Source of the DNA: Eledone cirrhosa
Lineage: Eukaryota
Length of the DNA: 64,000 nucleotides
Reading direction: 5' to 3'
NCBI GenBank assembly: GCA_964016885.1
Contig: OZ024754.1
Location: forward strand, 40,424,001-40,488,000
The notes below the pieces were generated by a model. The model searched no databases and was not told the DNA's origin. It saw only the letters and a program-made list of their open reading frames with translations. Shown one piece after another: positions 1 through 64,000 of this stretch. The position numbers and the translations under genes were made by a program. Numbering within the stretch: position 1 is the stretch's first letter; every line of letters starts with the position of its first letter.

Positions 1-130
1 AACATCAATATGAGCAGCTGGTTGAAGCAGAGAGAGTTGAGATAATTCTGACTGGATATGGCTGATTTAAATGCTAAAACGTTAACTATAGAGTTAGACA
101 TATACAGCCCTGGAGACAATAAGCTAACCT

Positions 131-193
<63 letters not shown>

Positions 194-404
194 TTTACGT
201 ATCGAGAAAGAGAGAAAAAGGAGGGATAGGTGAAACATATAGTTATTTGCCAAGTAGCGTATGCCAAAGGTGCTCGGTACTAGTGCCGGCAGTATTAAAT
301 ATTCAAAGTGTTAATATTTAGTGGGCTAGAGAGTTAGCAGAGCGTAAGCACGTGGGAAAGTAAAAAATCGGAGAATAGATCGTTAAAACATGTTTATTTA
401 AAAT

Positions 405-448
405 ATCACCTACGTACGTTTTGCCCAGTTGGGCTTCTCAAGGGCATA
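405..448 (-). ncRNA. Degenerate minimal hammerhead-like motif
   Basis: Minus strand: gcc-CTTGAGA-agccc aact gggc-AAAA-c-gtac-GTA-ggt; core variants, inside a (TA)n-flanked insert. Confidence 0.4.
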
Positions 449-788
449 AATAGTCACAAGTGTTCCTTATATAGTTCGGAAAGAGTTTTGGGGGTTATAT
501 ATATATATATGTGTGTGTCTTTCTGATTAACTTCAGCTTCTATGTTTTGATACTATTATGAGAACATATGATAATATTTTTCAAATACTGACCTAGTAAT
601 TTTAAGGCATCACTGGGGGATTCCAATCTTTTAAAATGGAATAATGGGTTGTACTGTTGATAGGATAAACATGGTGTATAGTTGACAGACAGAAGTATTG
701 TTAGTATTAGGTTCAGTTAAAGATATCAACCAAGTTCTAGTCATAATTTGATCTTTTTTTATGCAATTGGAGTGTTTTTCTATCTACC

Positions 789-1957
789 TATGTATGTATG
801 TATGTATGTATGTATGTGTGTATGTATGTGTGTGTGTAGATATATCTGTATATGTGTATATATATATGTATATGTGTGTATGTGTGTATATATGTATGTG
901 TGTATATATGCATATATGAATGGATATATATAATGTGTGTGTGTATATGTATGTGTGTATATATATGCATATATGAATGGATATATATGTGTGTGTGCAT
1001 ATATATATATATGTATGTGTGTATATATGCATATATGAATGGATATATATAATGTGTGTATAGATATATATATATGTATATACGTGTGTGTGTGTGTATA
1101 TGCATATATGAATGGATATATATAATGTGTGTGTGTATATATGCATATATGAATGGATATATATGTATGTGTGTATATATGCATATATGAATGGATATAT
1201 ATAATGTGTGTGTATATATATATGTATATGTGTGTATGTGTGTATATATGCATATATTAATGGATATATATAATGTGTGTATAGATATATATATATGTAT
1301 ATACGTGTGTGTGTGTATATATGCATATATGAATGGATATATATGTGTGTGTATATGTATATGTGTGTATATATGTATGTGTGTATATATGCATATATGA
1401 ATGGATATATATGTATGTGTGTGTATATATATATATGTATGTGTGTATATATGCATATATGAATGGATATATATAATGTGTGTATAGATATATATATATG
1501 TATATACGTGTGTGTGTGTATATGCATATATGAATGGATATATATAATGTGTGTGTGTATATATATATATGTATATGTGTGTATGTGTGTATATATGCAT
1601 ATATGAATGGATATATGTGTGTGTATATATATATGTACATGTGTGTATATATGTATGTGTGTATATATGCATATATGAATGGATATATATGTGTGTGTAT
1701 ATATATATGTACATGTGTGTATATATGCATATATGAATGGATATATATGTGTGTGTATATATATATGTATATGTGTGTATATATGTATGTGTGTGTATAT
1801 GTGTGTATATATGTATGTGTGTATATATGCATATATGAATGGATATATATGTGTGTGTATATATGTATGTGTGTATATATGCATATATGAATGGATATAT
1901 ATGTGTGTGTATATATGTATGTGTGTATATATGCATATATGAATGGATATATATGTG
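789..1957. repeat. Compound microsatellite/minisatellite with recurring tatatgcatatatgaatggatatata unit
   Basis: Constant core separated by variable (TG)n/(TA)n. Confidence 0.95.
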
Positions 1958-2301
1958 TGGAAAAATAGACATTAAATGATGATATATGACAATTATTTAA
2001 TGATTTTCAATATAAAGAACTAAAGTGTTCAAGATGAGATATAAATCTATAGACCAGTTAATTATCGTTATTATTTATTAGAAGTTTCTAATTCAATTCC
2101 AAACTTCAGATCTTTAATGGAACAATCTAATTGTATTGTCAATGGAAACTCTGTTTCCTTGGTCCAATCTGATGACCGGCTTTTTTTGTTTTTATGGTTT
2201 ATTTTAGTTCATCTATTGTCTCGTGAAAAATCAATATTCTATTGAAATATGTAACATATTTTTTTAAGGATAGCACTACTGTTTTTCTCTTTGTGAAATA
2301 T

Positions 2302-2851
2302 ATGGGTAAAATTGACCCCGAATAAAAGATGACCCCACTGTTTTATATGTGAGAAATGGGTAAAATTGACCCCGAATAAAAGATGACCCCACTGTTTTAT
2401 ATGTGAGAAATGGGTAAAATTGACCCCGAATAAAAGATGACCCCACTGTTTTATATGTGAGAAATGGGTAAAATTGACCCCGAATAAAAGATGACCCCAC
2501 AGTTTTATATGTGAGAAATGGGTAAAATTGACCCCGAATAAAAGATGACCCCACTGTTTTATATGTGAGAAATGGGTAAAATTGACCCCGAATAAAAGAT
2601 GACCCCACTGTTTTATATGTGAGAAATGGGTAAAATTGACCCCGAATAAAAGATGACCCCACTGTTTTATATGTGAGAAATGGGTAAAATTGACCCCGAA
2701 TAAAAGATGACCCCACTGTTTTATATGTGAGAAATGGGTAAAATTGACCCCGAATAAAAGATGACCCCACTGTTTTATATGTGAGAAATGGGTAAAATTG
2801 ACCCCGAATAAAAGATGACCCCACTGTTTTATATGTGAGAAATGGGTAAAA
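2302..2851. repeat. 54-bp tandem repeat, about 10 copies
   Basis: atgggtaaaattgaccccgaataaaagatgaccccactgttttatatgtgagaa. Confidence 0.97.
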
Positions 2852-4524
2852 ATCCAAACCTTTATTTATGTAGAATTTGAAGTTGGTGAAAATTGTCAAA
2901 ATATTGGCCTCCTCCCATACCATCAATGTTTTGGGGGTTCACATTATCTGTTGTCATAGTAACATATAAACTACAGACTATTCAGATCTTCCGTGGTGTT
3001 GAAAGGGAAATTTAGTGTCAGAGATTAGAACAAAAAAAAAAAACAAATTAATTTTTTAGTCCCCTCTCCCTTTGATTATTTTGTTTTTTGATCATTTGCT
3101 ATCTATTTGTGTCAAAACCTTCAGCTTCAGCCCTCAACTTATATCAGGTCACTTTCAGCCCTCAACCTACATCAAATCACCCTCTGTTAAGAATTAATCT
3201 TCGTTTATTTAACCCTTTTAAACACCTTTTTTGGACTCTATAGCAAGAATATTACCAGTTAAAACAATCTAATAAGCATTTTTAGGTTGATTCATTGCTT
3301 ATATAGTATTATTGGTCACATATCAAATCTAATATTTCAACCTAGAAGTGCTGCTATAAAGGTTAAATAATGGCAGGCGTAATGAAATAAAATTCCTTTC
3401 CACATTGGTTTCTGAAAACTTAGCTAAATCTGTTTAATTTCTTATATGGATTTTATCACAATCATTCACTAGAAGTGATGTAATAAATACAGCTTCTATT
3501 GAAAAATGTTCAAAGTCCTATGATTTAACCCATTAGCATTTACATTACTCTATATTTACTATTGTATTTTCATGGTAAACACTTTATTTCACATAATATC
3601 GAATTTACGAGATTTTGATATTTATTTTGAGAAAAATGCCATAACATAAATACAAGCAGCCAGTTTGAACAGAAAGAGGTGAGAGAATTCTGGCTGGATA
3701 CAGCCGGTTTAAATGCTAAAGGGTTAAGGTGTTCCAGTGGTGACCATTATATATATATATCAAGGACTGCATTCCCGATATATCCTTTATGAATTGTCAA
3801 ATTGTTCTAAATGCCTCTTATATTTACAACATTAAATCTTTGCAGATCTTTGATAATTTCTGCTCTTCTTCAGAATTGTTGAAAAAAATATTTGGATGAA
3901 TTATAAAACTTTCTATTCAAAGTTCTGTTCAAACCAAAATGTAATAATACTTTACATCTCTAATATCATGAAAAATGACAGGCAAACAGAAAACTTTAAT
4001 TTTAAATATTGAAAATTAGAGTATTCTCTAGTTTTTATTTGAAATTGTTTTGTTTTCTGATTCTTATTACTGAATGGTATTTTTAAATTATTATTTAAAA
4101 TAATATATATATTCCTCTGTATGGAAAACTGTAATGGATCTTCCAAAGCCATAAATTTATTTTATTATATTGTACTATATTGGAAGAAACATGATATAAA
4201 CTCCCATCTTCAATTGTATGATTTTTTATTTTTAATAAATTTTCTAGTCATGAAATTACCTACAATATGATTTGGGACTTAAAAATCATTGAAAATTTCA
4301 TATATTTCTTTGCAAAATTGAAACTGTTGTGCATTTAGTTTTGGTACCTTGTCAAACTAATGCACAGTTTTACTTATTCAGTCATATTAATCTATTCTTT
4401 ATATTTATTTCATTCAATCTTTAATGGAATAAATTTTATATTTAACACTCCAATAAAAGAAATTTGTAATTAGCTTCTATTTACTTGGTTTCTTTTTTAT
4501 AGCATATGCTTTTGATTTAATGGT

Positions 4525-4740
4525 TTAACCCTTTAGCATTTCCATTACTCTATATATACTATTGTATTTTCACAGTAATCACTTTATCTTACATAATATC
4601 GAATCTATGAGATTTTGATAATATTTATTTTGAGAACAATACCTTAATATAAGTATGAGAGGCCAGTTATGGCTAGTTTGAACAGAAAGAGATGAGAGAA
4701 TTCTGGCCAGATACGGCCGGTTTAAATGCTAAAGGGTTAA
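4525..4740. mobile_element. piggyBac-type MITE (about 200 bp, TTAA target); copies at 1-87, 3525-3727, 4737-4935, 17414-18421, 24999-25213, 26342-26535, 29538-30809, 43186-43747, 43744-43961, 50908-51121, 57215-57443
   Basis: TTAA|CCCTTTAGCATTT...AAATGCTAAAGGG|TTAA terminal inverted repeats; no ORF. Confidence 0.85.
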
Positions 4741-6314
4741 CTCTCTAGCATTTCCACTATATAGATATTATTGTATTTTGTCGGTAAATGCTTTATCTCA
4801 CATAATATTGAATCTACGAGATTTTGATATTTATTTGGAGAACAATATTTAACGTTGGTATGAGCGACCAGTTTGAACAGAAAGATGTGAGAAAATTCTG
4901 GCCAGATACGGCTGGTTTAAATGTTAAAGGGTTAAAGGAATCTTTATTACTTCAGCCCAGAGAAGAAATAAGTATTCAATACTAGTTCTTTAACTTTTAC
5001 ACCTCCATATTACTTTTGGGCATTTTTCTCCATTTATTGTTTTCGGAGATGAATGTAACTATTGCACATGAAAGCCATTTAACTGAAAGTTTTGGTACTT
5101 CCTTTGGAATGTAAACAATCTAAAGAATGATTTGATTTCAAGTTCTTGTAGGACCTCAGCATTAATTCCATGGATTACGCCATTATTCAATTAAATACAG
5201 TTTGTGGGGCTAAGTTTTTTTTTTTTATGGTAATTATTCCTCCATCAGTTCCGACAATGAGTATTCAGTCGTACAATCAACAGAACACACAACTCATAAA
5301 TTGATATGCAAGTCACGGAATATTCCACAGATATATATATACCGTTAACCCTTTGGATATCAAATCGGCCAAAACCAGCTCTAATTTTATTACACAAAAA
5401 CCACCTATTTTAAAGGGTAATTAAAATTTGTTTTTTTCCAGCCTCCGTAAATCCTTGGCAGGCAGAACCCATGTAGCGCAGGCATATATATATTTAGCTT
5501 TGTATAGTAGAACCAGAGTTGGGTGACCTAGGTAGATGAGGAAGAGAAACAGTCACAACCTTTTTCAGTGTCTTTGAAACTAATCGGAGGTTAGATTTAG
5601 ATTGAAGATGGCAATCACAACAGTGTACCCTATCATCAAGTGGTGCTGTTAAATCCTAATGTCCTGTACCACACGAAACCACATTAGCAAGACATTCTTG
5701 AAGAAGTATAAAACAACACTATGACTGCATCACATTAAAAATAAGTCTTTACAGGTTGGAGAGGACTCTTAAGTCCAGTAAGACAACCTCTCTAGAACTG
5801 GTGACATGAACAAAGCACCTAGTCCATGCTGTAAAGTGGCCGGGATTGGAAGAACATCCAGCCAAAATTATGAAAAGCACAACCAATATGATTTCCACAA
5901 CAATCTGTCTACTAGTAAAGATACTATCAAAATTTGGATTAACAAACAGATTTTTTTCCTTCTTAATCAGTACAGGATATTAAGAGCTAAACTGCAGATT
6001 AAGTCTATACTATACAAATATAATTCATTTAAACTGAGAGTTGGCAATCCTAAGGTTTGAAAATGTCAAACAAACAATATTTGTTTTGTGGGGGAGAGGG
6101 GGTATTTTTCTTGAGTTTTCAAAGGTAAAGGAATGGCATTTCTTTTATATAGGAAAAGAAAGAATACTTTTTTTATATATTTTTTAGTATAATTACATTG
6201 GTTTCATTCAGTTTTGCCTGCTTTGGTGTGGCTGCTTTTCATGACACCATATGTCGGAAATGAGAAATTGATTCTTTTAAAATAATGGGGTTTTTTCTTT
6301 ACTTTATACTAAGC

Positions 6315-6543
6315 CAGAGGTTCACAATATTTACACTACTAAAGATTCCTTTTATTTAAATGAATTTCCTCATGAACCCCACTACCACAATTACTCCCTT
6401 CCCAGATTGTTATACAATGAGATTAACTAAGAGAGAAATGAATACATAATAGCCTGCATATGTTGTTTTTTAACCAACTACTTGAGTTTTTAACTTAACA
6501 GACCCCAGTACGAGCTTTAAGGAGCCTGAGTTGGAAACCTCTG
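6315..6543. mobile_element. Old hAT-like MITE
   Basis: cagaggttcacaa...ttggaaacctctg termini; TSD not clean. Confidence 0.45.
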
Positions 6544-6654
6544 TACTGAAACCGTAATATTAGAGAACATATCAAGAAGAAAATATGATGATCCCAACTT
6601 TCCTAAGATCATTATAACAGCACAACACAAGGGTCTAAAGTCTGTCTTAATCCT

Positions 6655-6885
6655 CATCTAGCCGGTTGCATGGAGTGAAGCGACTGACAATACAAGACTC
6701 TCCCCTGGACAGGACGCCAGTCCATCGCAGTGTTAAACCCCCAGCTATTGTTGGTACTAATTTTCAGCTGAGTATACTGGAGCAACGTGAAATGAAGTGT
6801 TTTGCTCAAGAACACAACACACAACCCAGGAATCGAACCCACAATATTATGATCATAAGTCCAACACCCTTACCATTTGCTTCCA
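6655..6885 (-). mobile_element. tRNA-derived SINE (third variant)
   Basis: Minus strand: ggttcgattcc B box, ttcttgagcaaaacacttcattt domain, gcgatggactggcgtcctgtccagggg tail. Confidence 0.7.
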
Positions 6886-8799
6886 CAACACATGGTATAT
6901 TATATTTATCAAGGGATCCCTTTTTCAGACAATGTTTTATGGTCAGATACATTTCATTATGACATGCTGAGGTACAGTATACCTGAAGTGAAGCTTTGTT
7001 CCAGTTCTGACTCACTTAGACTCCCTATAGTGGTGGAAACTTGTACTTATCTTGTCCCTGTATCACCTCCTAGGAGTTGGAATGGCTATTTCAACACATC
7101 TCCCTTTCTATCCTCTGGGGGTAAAGCTTTCTCTATTTTGTCTGCTGTGGTTCACACACGGGGGTTCTGTATACAAAAAACTGTTCTCCCAAAGTCTCCT
7201 GGCTTTTATCATGTAAAACTTTGTAATATTGATTCTACTTTTGGCACAAGGCCAGCAATTATCCCAGTACATTACTGGTACTTTATTTTATCGACCCCGT
7301 AAGGATGAAAGGCAAAGTTGACCTCGGCGGGATTTGATCTCAGACCATAAAGCGCCGTAACTCTTTGTTGCAAAGCATAGCGTCCGACCCTAACATTTGT
7401 TTATGTTTGATTCACTATCCTGAATAAATTATATTCCACTAGCTGAGGTACCTGGCTTTGCCTGGGAGAACAGAGAAAACGATAGTATTGGATATGTTGT
7501 CTGGTATGAGGTGAGACTAATGTGTGTGAGAGAGAGACATAAAAAAAAAAACAATCATAAAATTCCTTATTAGGCTGGGGGAGTAAACTGCCGATTAAAT
7601 GATAGCATTGGCCTTTGATTTTAAATGTGAAATAACCAGTCTGTATGATTTTTCAGCTCCAAAGGACGTCATCTGAAACACACCAATATACCACATAACA
7701 TTGCTTCTGAAGTGTTTAGCTTCGTTAGTACGGACTGTAGGTAGTATATGGATAAAAGCTGGAGGGTAGATTAATTTCAAATAGTATCACGTTTTCTTTG
7801 TTCTGTAAAATCAAAGACTAAAACGACTTTATAAAAGCTAACACAATATTGTTAAACCTTCCTATAGATCAAAAGATCCATAGTTTAAGCCATTTCTAGA
7901 CTTTCGTGGAACGTTACTCTCTCTCTCTCTCCGAATATCTAACACTTTAATTGTATCTCTCTCTTCCTGCCTCTCCCTCTCTCTTTAGATGTGTGAGTGT
8001 GTATAGTTTGTGTGATCCAATCAACCAACCAACCAATAAACATCTCTCTTATATATATAGGTTCCATAAGATAGTAAATTATTGTTAGGTCAACAGATAT
8101 ATTTGTTCCAGCTCTCTGAGTTAAAATCCCATTGAAGTCAACTTTACATTTCATCTTTTCAGAGTTCATAGATACAGTACAAGTCCAGGGATAATGGATT
8201 GACAGAATTATTAAAGAAGTGGACGAATTGTTTTGTAGTATCTGATCTGGTTTCAATTCTCTGAGTTTAATTTCTTTCTGGACAGGAAGGGTTGTGACTG
8301 ACAGATATGAGATTAAGTAGCAGGTAGTATCAGTAATGGAAATACTGAATATCAGATAGTATTAACAATGGAAAGGTTTAATATCAGATAGTATCAGCAA
8401 TAGGAAGATTTAATATCAGCAATGGAAGGATTTAATATCAGATAATATCAGCAATGATAAAGGGTTAAAAGGAAAAAAAGGACATACTGGACATAATCCT
8501 AGATGAACTGCTTAATATGTTTGGTCTTACCAATGCAGATAAGCTCTGAGGCTAAACAACAATAACAATGACAACACCAACAATAACAATGACAACACCA
8601 ACAACCACAATGAGAATGACAACCATAACAACAATAGTTGACCTTTCACAGGTATTATCTTACATTATTAGGTTAAAAGTCATTGTAATGTTCTACCTTT
8701 ATCACAGGTGATATTTTGCAGGTGTTTTATGTTGTTGTTCTTTTTAGAGAAGCCTACGCAGCAATATAAGCTAATCATAGTCATGCCAGATTTAGGACA

Positions 8800-9305
8800 A
8801 ATGAGGCCCTCTACTAGTTAAGTTATGGGGCCTTGTACTAGTTAAGTTATGAGACTCTGTACTAGTTAAGTTATGAGACTCTGTACTAGTTAAATTATGA
8901 TGCCCTCTGCTAGTTAAGTTATGAGGTCCTGTACTAGTTAAGTTATGAGGTCCACTGCTATTTAAGTTATGAGGCCCTCTACTAGTTAAGTTATGGGGCC
9001 TTGTACTAGTTAAGTTATGAGACTCTGTACTAGTTAAGTTATGAGACTCTGTACTAGTTAAATTATGATGCCCTCTGCTAGTTAAGTTATGGGGCCCTGT
9101 ATTAGTTAAGTTATGAGGCTCTGTGCTAGTTAAGTTATGAGACTGTGTTAGTTAAGTTATGAGACTCTGTGCTAGTTAAGTTATGAGACTGTGCTAGTTA
9201 AGTTATGAGACTCTGTGCTAGTTAAGTTATGAGGTCCTGTACTAGTTAGCTTATGAGACCCTGTACTAGTTATGAGGTCCTGTAGTAGTTAAGTTATGAT
9301 GCCCC
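8800..9305. repeat. About 24-bp tandem repeat
   Basis: tactagttaagttatgagactctg variants. Confidence 0.93.
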
Positions 9306-9951
9306 TTACTCATAAAAAATTCATCATAAAAACTGTTTTTGGTAGGAAGTTGTTAAGATGTTCTCTTCTCAATCATGTGGGGTCCTGTCCCTCTGCGTGG
9401 TGGCCTCAGCATGTGTCCTCCTTCAGTTGACTGATGCCTTATGAATGGAATTTGGTAGGTGAAAACTGTGTAGACGCCTGTTAATATATAGGTGTGTGTT
9501 TGTTTATGTCCAATAACTCACAGGCTCAACAAAAAAGATTAATACAATAAGTACAAGAACTGAAAAATAATAATTACCGGAGTCAATGATTGACTAAATC
9601 CTTTGAAGGCAATGCCCCAGCATGGTCACAGACTACTGAAACCAGTAAAATATATAAAAGAATTATCATGTACCCTCTATGCTATGTATTTCCAAGTATT
9701 ATAAAGAGGAAGAAAAGGAAATGTGAAAGTTAAAGAAACTATTGAGATATGTTATATTTAAATTAAGTGTTTCCATGTATGAAATCACTGAGCCATAACT
9801 GTCAGCTGGATCACATAACAGTAATAACTCATGCATATCAAGTCCATAGAAAACTAAGCATAAAATTATAATTGATTTCTACATAGAATTAACTAATTAA
9901 TCACCAATTTATTCCTCCTTCTGTAAACTTGTCTGAATTGTTTCTACTAAT

Positions 9952-10290
9952 GGAGGCACATGGCTCAGTGGTTAGAGCATTGGCCTTGCAATCGAAAGGT
10001 TGTGAGTTCAATTCTCAGACCGGGTGATGTGTTGTTTCCTTGAGCAAGACACTTTATTTCACATTGCTCCAGTTTACTCAGCTGTAGAAATGAGATGATA
10101 GGGACTGGGGTCCCTATCATTCCACTGCAAAGTGGTCGTGGAGGTGCCATGGCAAAAAAGCACCCAGCACTCCCTGTAAATGAGGTTGGTGTTAGGAAGG
10201 GCATCCAGCTGTAGAAATCAAGCCAGAATCAGTTCCCGTCCCACCCTTGCAAGCAGGGAAAAGCGGACGTAAAATGAAATGATGATGAAA
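9952..10290 (+). mobile_element. tRNA-derived SINE family A, full length; other copies at 43383-43715(+), 38670-38990(-), 41078-41498(-), 34272-34520(+, truncated), 39425-39560(+)
   Basis: A box tggctcagtgg, B box gagttcaattc, central ccttgagcaagacacttt domain, RTE-like tail ending in (tga)n. Confidence 0.85.
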
Positions 10291-10738
10291 AAAAAAATGA
10301 TGAATGAAGATGTATCTACAGGGCTTGAAAACCTGCTAAAAAAAGGCGCACATGGTTGAGTGGTTAGAGAATTGGATTCATTATCGTGAGGTTGTGAGTT
10401 TAATTCCTGGACTGGGTGATGTGTTATGTCCTTAAGCAAGACACTTTATTTCACGTTGTTCCTTCTACCTGGAGTTGCAACCGGTAGACAGTATTGGCAA
10501 TTGGAAATACCAATGGAAACATTGTTTCCTCAGTCCAATTTGACGAAAGTCGATCGACTGTCGAGACTCCCTTAATTCCTACGCTACAGTCTTAAAAGTA
10601 GAAGGACACATTGGAAAAAGCAGTCCTAGATATGTCTGGAAATAAAATGGGAGAAGAATAAAAACAAATTAATTAAAAACAACAAAATAATAAAACATTG
10701 ACATAATAAACATTTTTGATGTGAAAAAGTTTTCAAAT

Positions 10739-10744
10739 TTTATT
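10739..10744 (-). terminator. Possible polyadenylation signal AATAAA of KIF16B
   Basis: AATAAA on minus strand about 1 kb after the stop, followed by a U/GU-rich stretch; weak evidence in AT-rich DNA. Confidence 0.3.
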
Positions 10745-11241
10745 ATTAAGAAAGAATAAAGGTGTAATTTTTTCGTCCACATTTCTGTATTAGTAATGCG
10801 GACAATACATACAGAGCAGATAAATGTCATTTTAGAGAGTTAAAAGGCATTTAAATGGGGTTTGTGGGATGCGAATGACAATGTCTGCTAGTCTTTGAAA
10901 GAAGGCAAACTTGGTTAGGGTTTTTCTTTTGGAAGAGCATGAATAATTAAAAAGAGTTTCAAACAGAAATGATGTGTTTATGGAAGGCATCAGCAGAGAG
11001 TAAAAAATAAGGTTTTGGCACAAAATAAATAGTATTTAAAATATAACTTCTTTTTATCCTTCTTCTTCTGTCTTCTTCAATAAGTATTTACAAAATCTTA
11101 TTTTTCCCAAGAATTCAAAATAAGACATGTCATTAAATCTCAACACCACATTAAAAGGAAGCTCAAATTTAATATATATATATGTATACATATATGTATA
11201 CATATATCATTTACATAAAATGTAAACACACACACACACAT

Positions 11242-11279
<38 letters not shown>

Positions 11280-11757
11280 TACATATGTATATAATATATA
11301 TATATATATACATATGTGTCCAACCCTTGCTAGCAGGGAAAGATGTTAAAACAACGGTAATACACACATACACACACACACATATACACACACACACGCA
11401 CACACACACGCACACACACACACACTCACATACACATATATATATATACATATATATATATACATACATACATATGTAAACATTAACTAATTAATGGTAA
11501 TTGTTTACTTTGAAGCTTCACCAATGTTGGAAGCTTATCAAAAGTATTTTAACAAGACTGACATGAATATCAACAAAACTTCAAGTAAACCATCAAAATT
11601 AATAAACAATTGTTATAGTGACCCAATACTCTGTGTATAAGTCCTTAATTTAGTGAATGTTTAGTGTGTTTATCACACAAACCCATAAAACAAGCACATA
11701 TATATATATATATATATATGTAATTCTATATTGCAATTCTATATATATATATATATT

Positions 11758-63365
<51,608 letters not shown>

Positions 63366-64000
63366 CTGTAAAAATCAAAAGTTTATTTAGTTACTTATCT
63401 ATTCTAATGATAAACAAAACAAGAAATTTCCCCAAAATATATTCTTGAAATAATCTTAATTTAACTTTTTTTATTCCAAGCACACACTTTTAAGATACAA
63501 AACAGTTTGTTTTAAAGTGTTTATATTTATCTAAAAACCTTCCATCATAATTTTATGTTATGTTAAGTTAAGTTATGTTCCAAACCACATGAAACCACAA
63601 TTGGTTCTATGATACAAAACAGTTTGTTTTAAAGTATTTATATTTATCTAAAAACATTATCATATTTAGAAAGAATGTATGTTTAGAAAACAGTGGAATA
63701 CGAAAATTGAATAAAATAGTCAAATGGTTCCTGATTTAGGCACAAGGCCAGCAAATGATTTTACATAAAGTATTGTAGAATTAGGGGCAGTTTCAGGCAT
63801 TTTGGTATCAAAAGTGTTCACTTAAAATTGTCTGCAAAGTAAAGAAATATTTCTTTTTCAAGATATCTATAAACTTAATTCTTATAACTTTCTATATACT
63901 GTTGTAATATTCTTATCTTCTAAACAGAAGAGTCATGGATATAACCCTTCCCTCCTTCCTTCCACTGGTCCCAGGAACCCTGTGAAAAGTCATGGTTCCC

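Noticed and set aside
789-1957. CRISPR-like look (constant unit with variable spacers)
   Set aside because: The spacers are only dinucleotide runs, the context is eukaryotic and there are no cas genes.
748-1972. Many overlapping long ORFs rich in H/I/Y/T or C/V/M
   Set aside because: Translations of TA/TG microsatellite; the same applies to ORFs at 35300-37600 and 38900-39270.
9952-10025. tRNA gene-like sequences
   Set aside because: They are SINE heads that continue into SINE body sequence; no complete cloverleaf was seen.
1-11000. A second protein-coding gene downstream of KIF16B
   Set aside because: Only short ORFs overlapping repeats; no exon chain or recognisable domain found.

Overview
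AT-rich, repeat-dense eukaryotic DNA. It is inferred, not proven, to come from a coleoid cephalopod such as octopus, based on the SINE types and the dense (TA)n/(CA)n/(GAT)n tracts. The only protein-coding gene is the 3' part of a minus-strand KIF16B-like kinesin-3: end of the motor domain, neck, FHA, long coiled coil and C-terminal PX domain. I reconstructed it by hand as 24 phase-consistent GT-AG exons (63365 down to the stop at 11758) plus one candidate in-frame 51-nt exon. Its 5' part lies beyond the window. The introns hold two tRNA-derived SINE families, RTE and L1/Tx1 LINE fragments, a decayed Penelope-like element, a TTAA-flanked piggyBac-type MITE family and about 20 minisatellites, several grown out of transposon segments. 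The most unusual signal is a set of sequence-unrelated fold-back inserts in (TA)n tracts, mainly at 31.5-36.4 kb. Each carries two outward-facing type I hammerhead ribozyme motifs, or their 3' halves, of the kind known from Penelope-like elements. Nearly all long ORFs in the supplied track are repeat artefacts.
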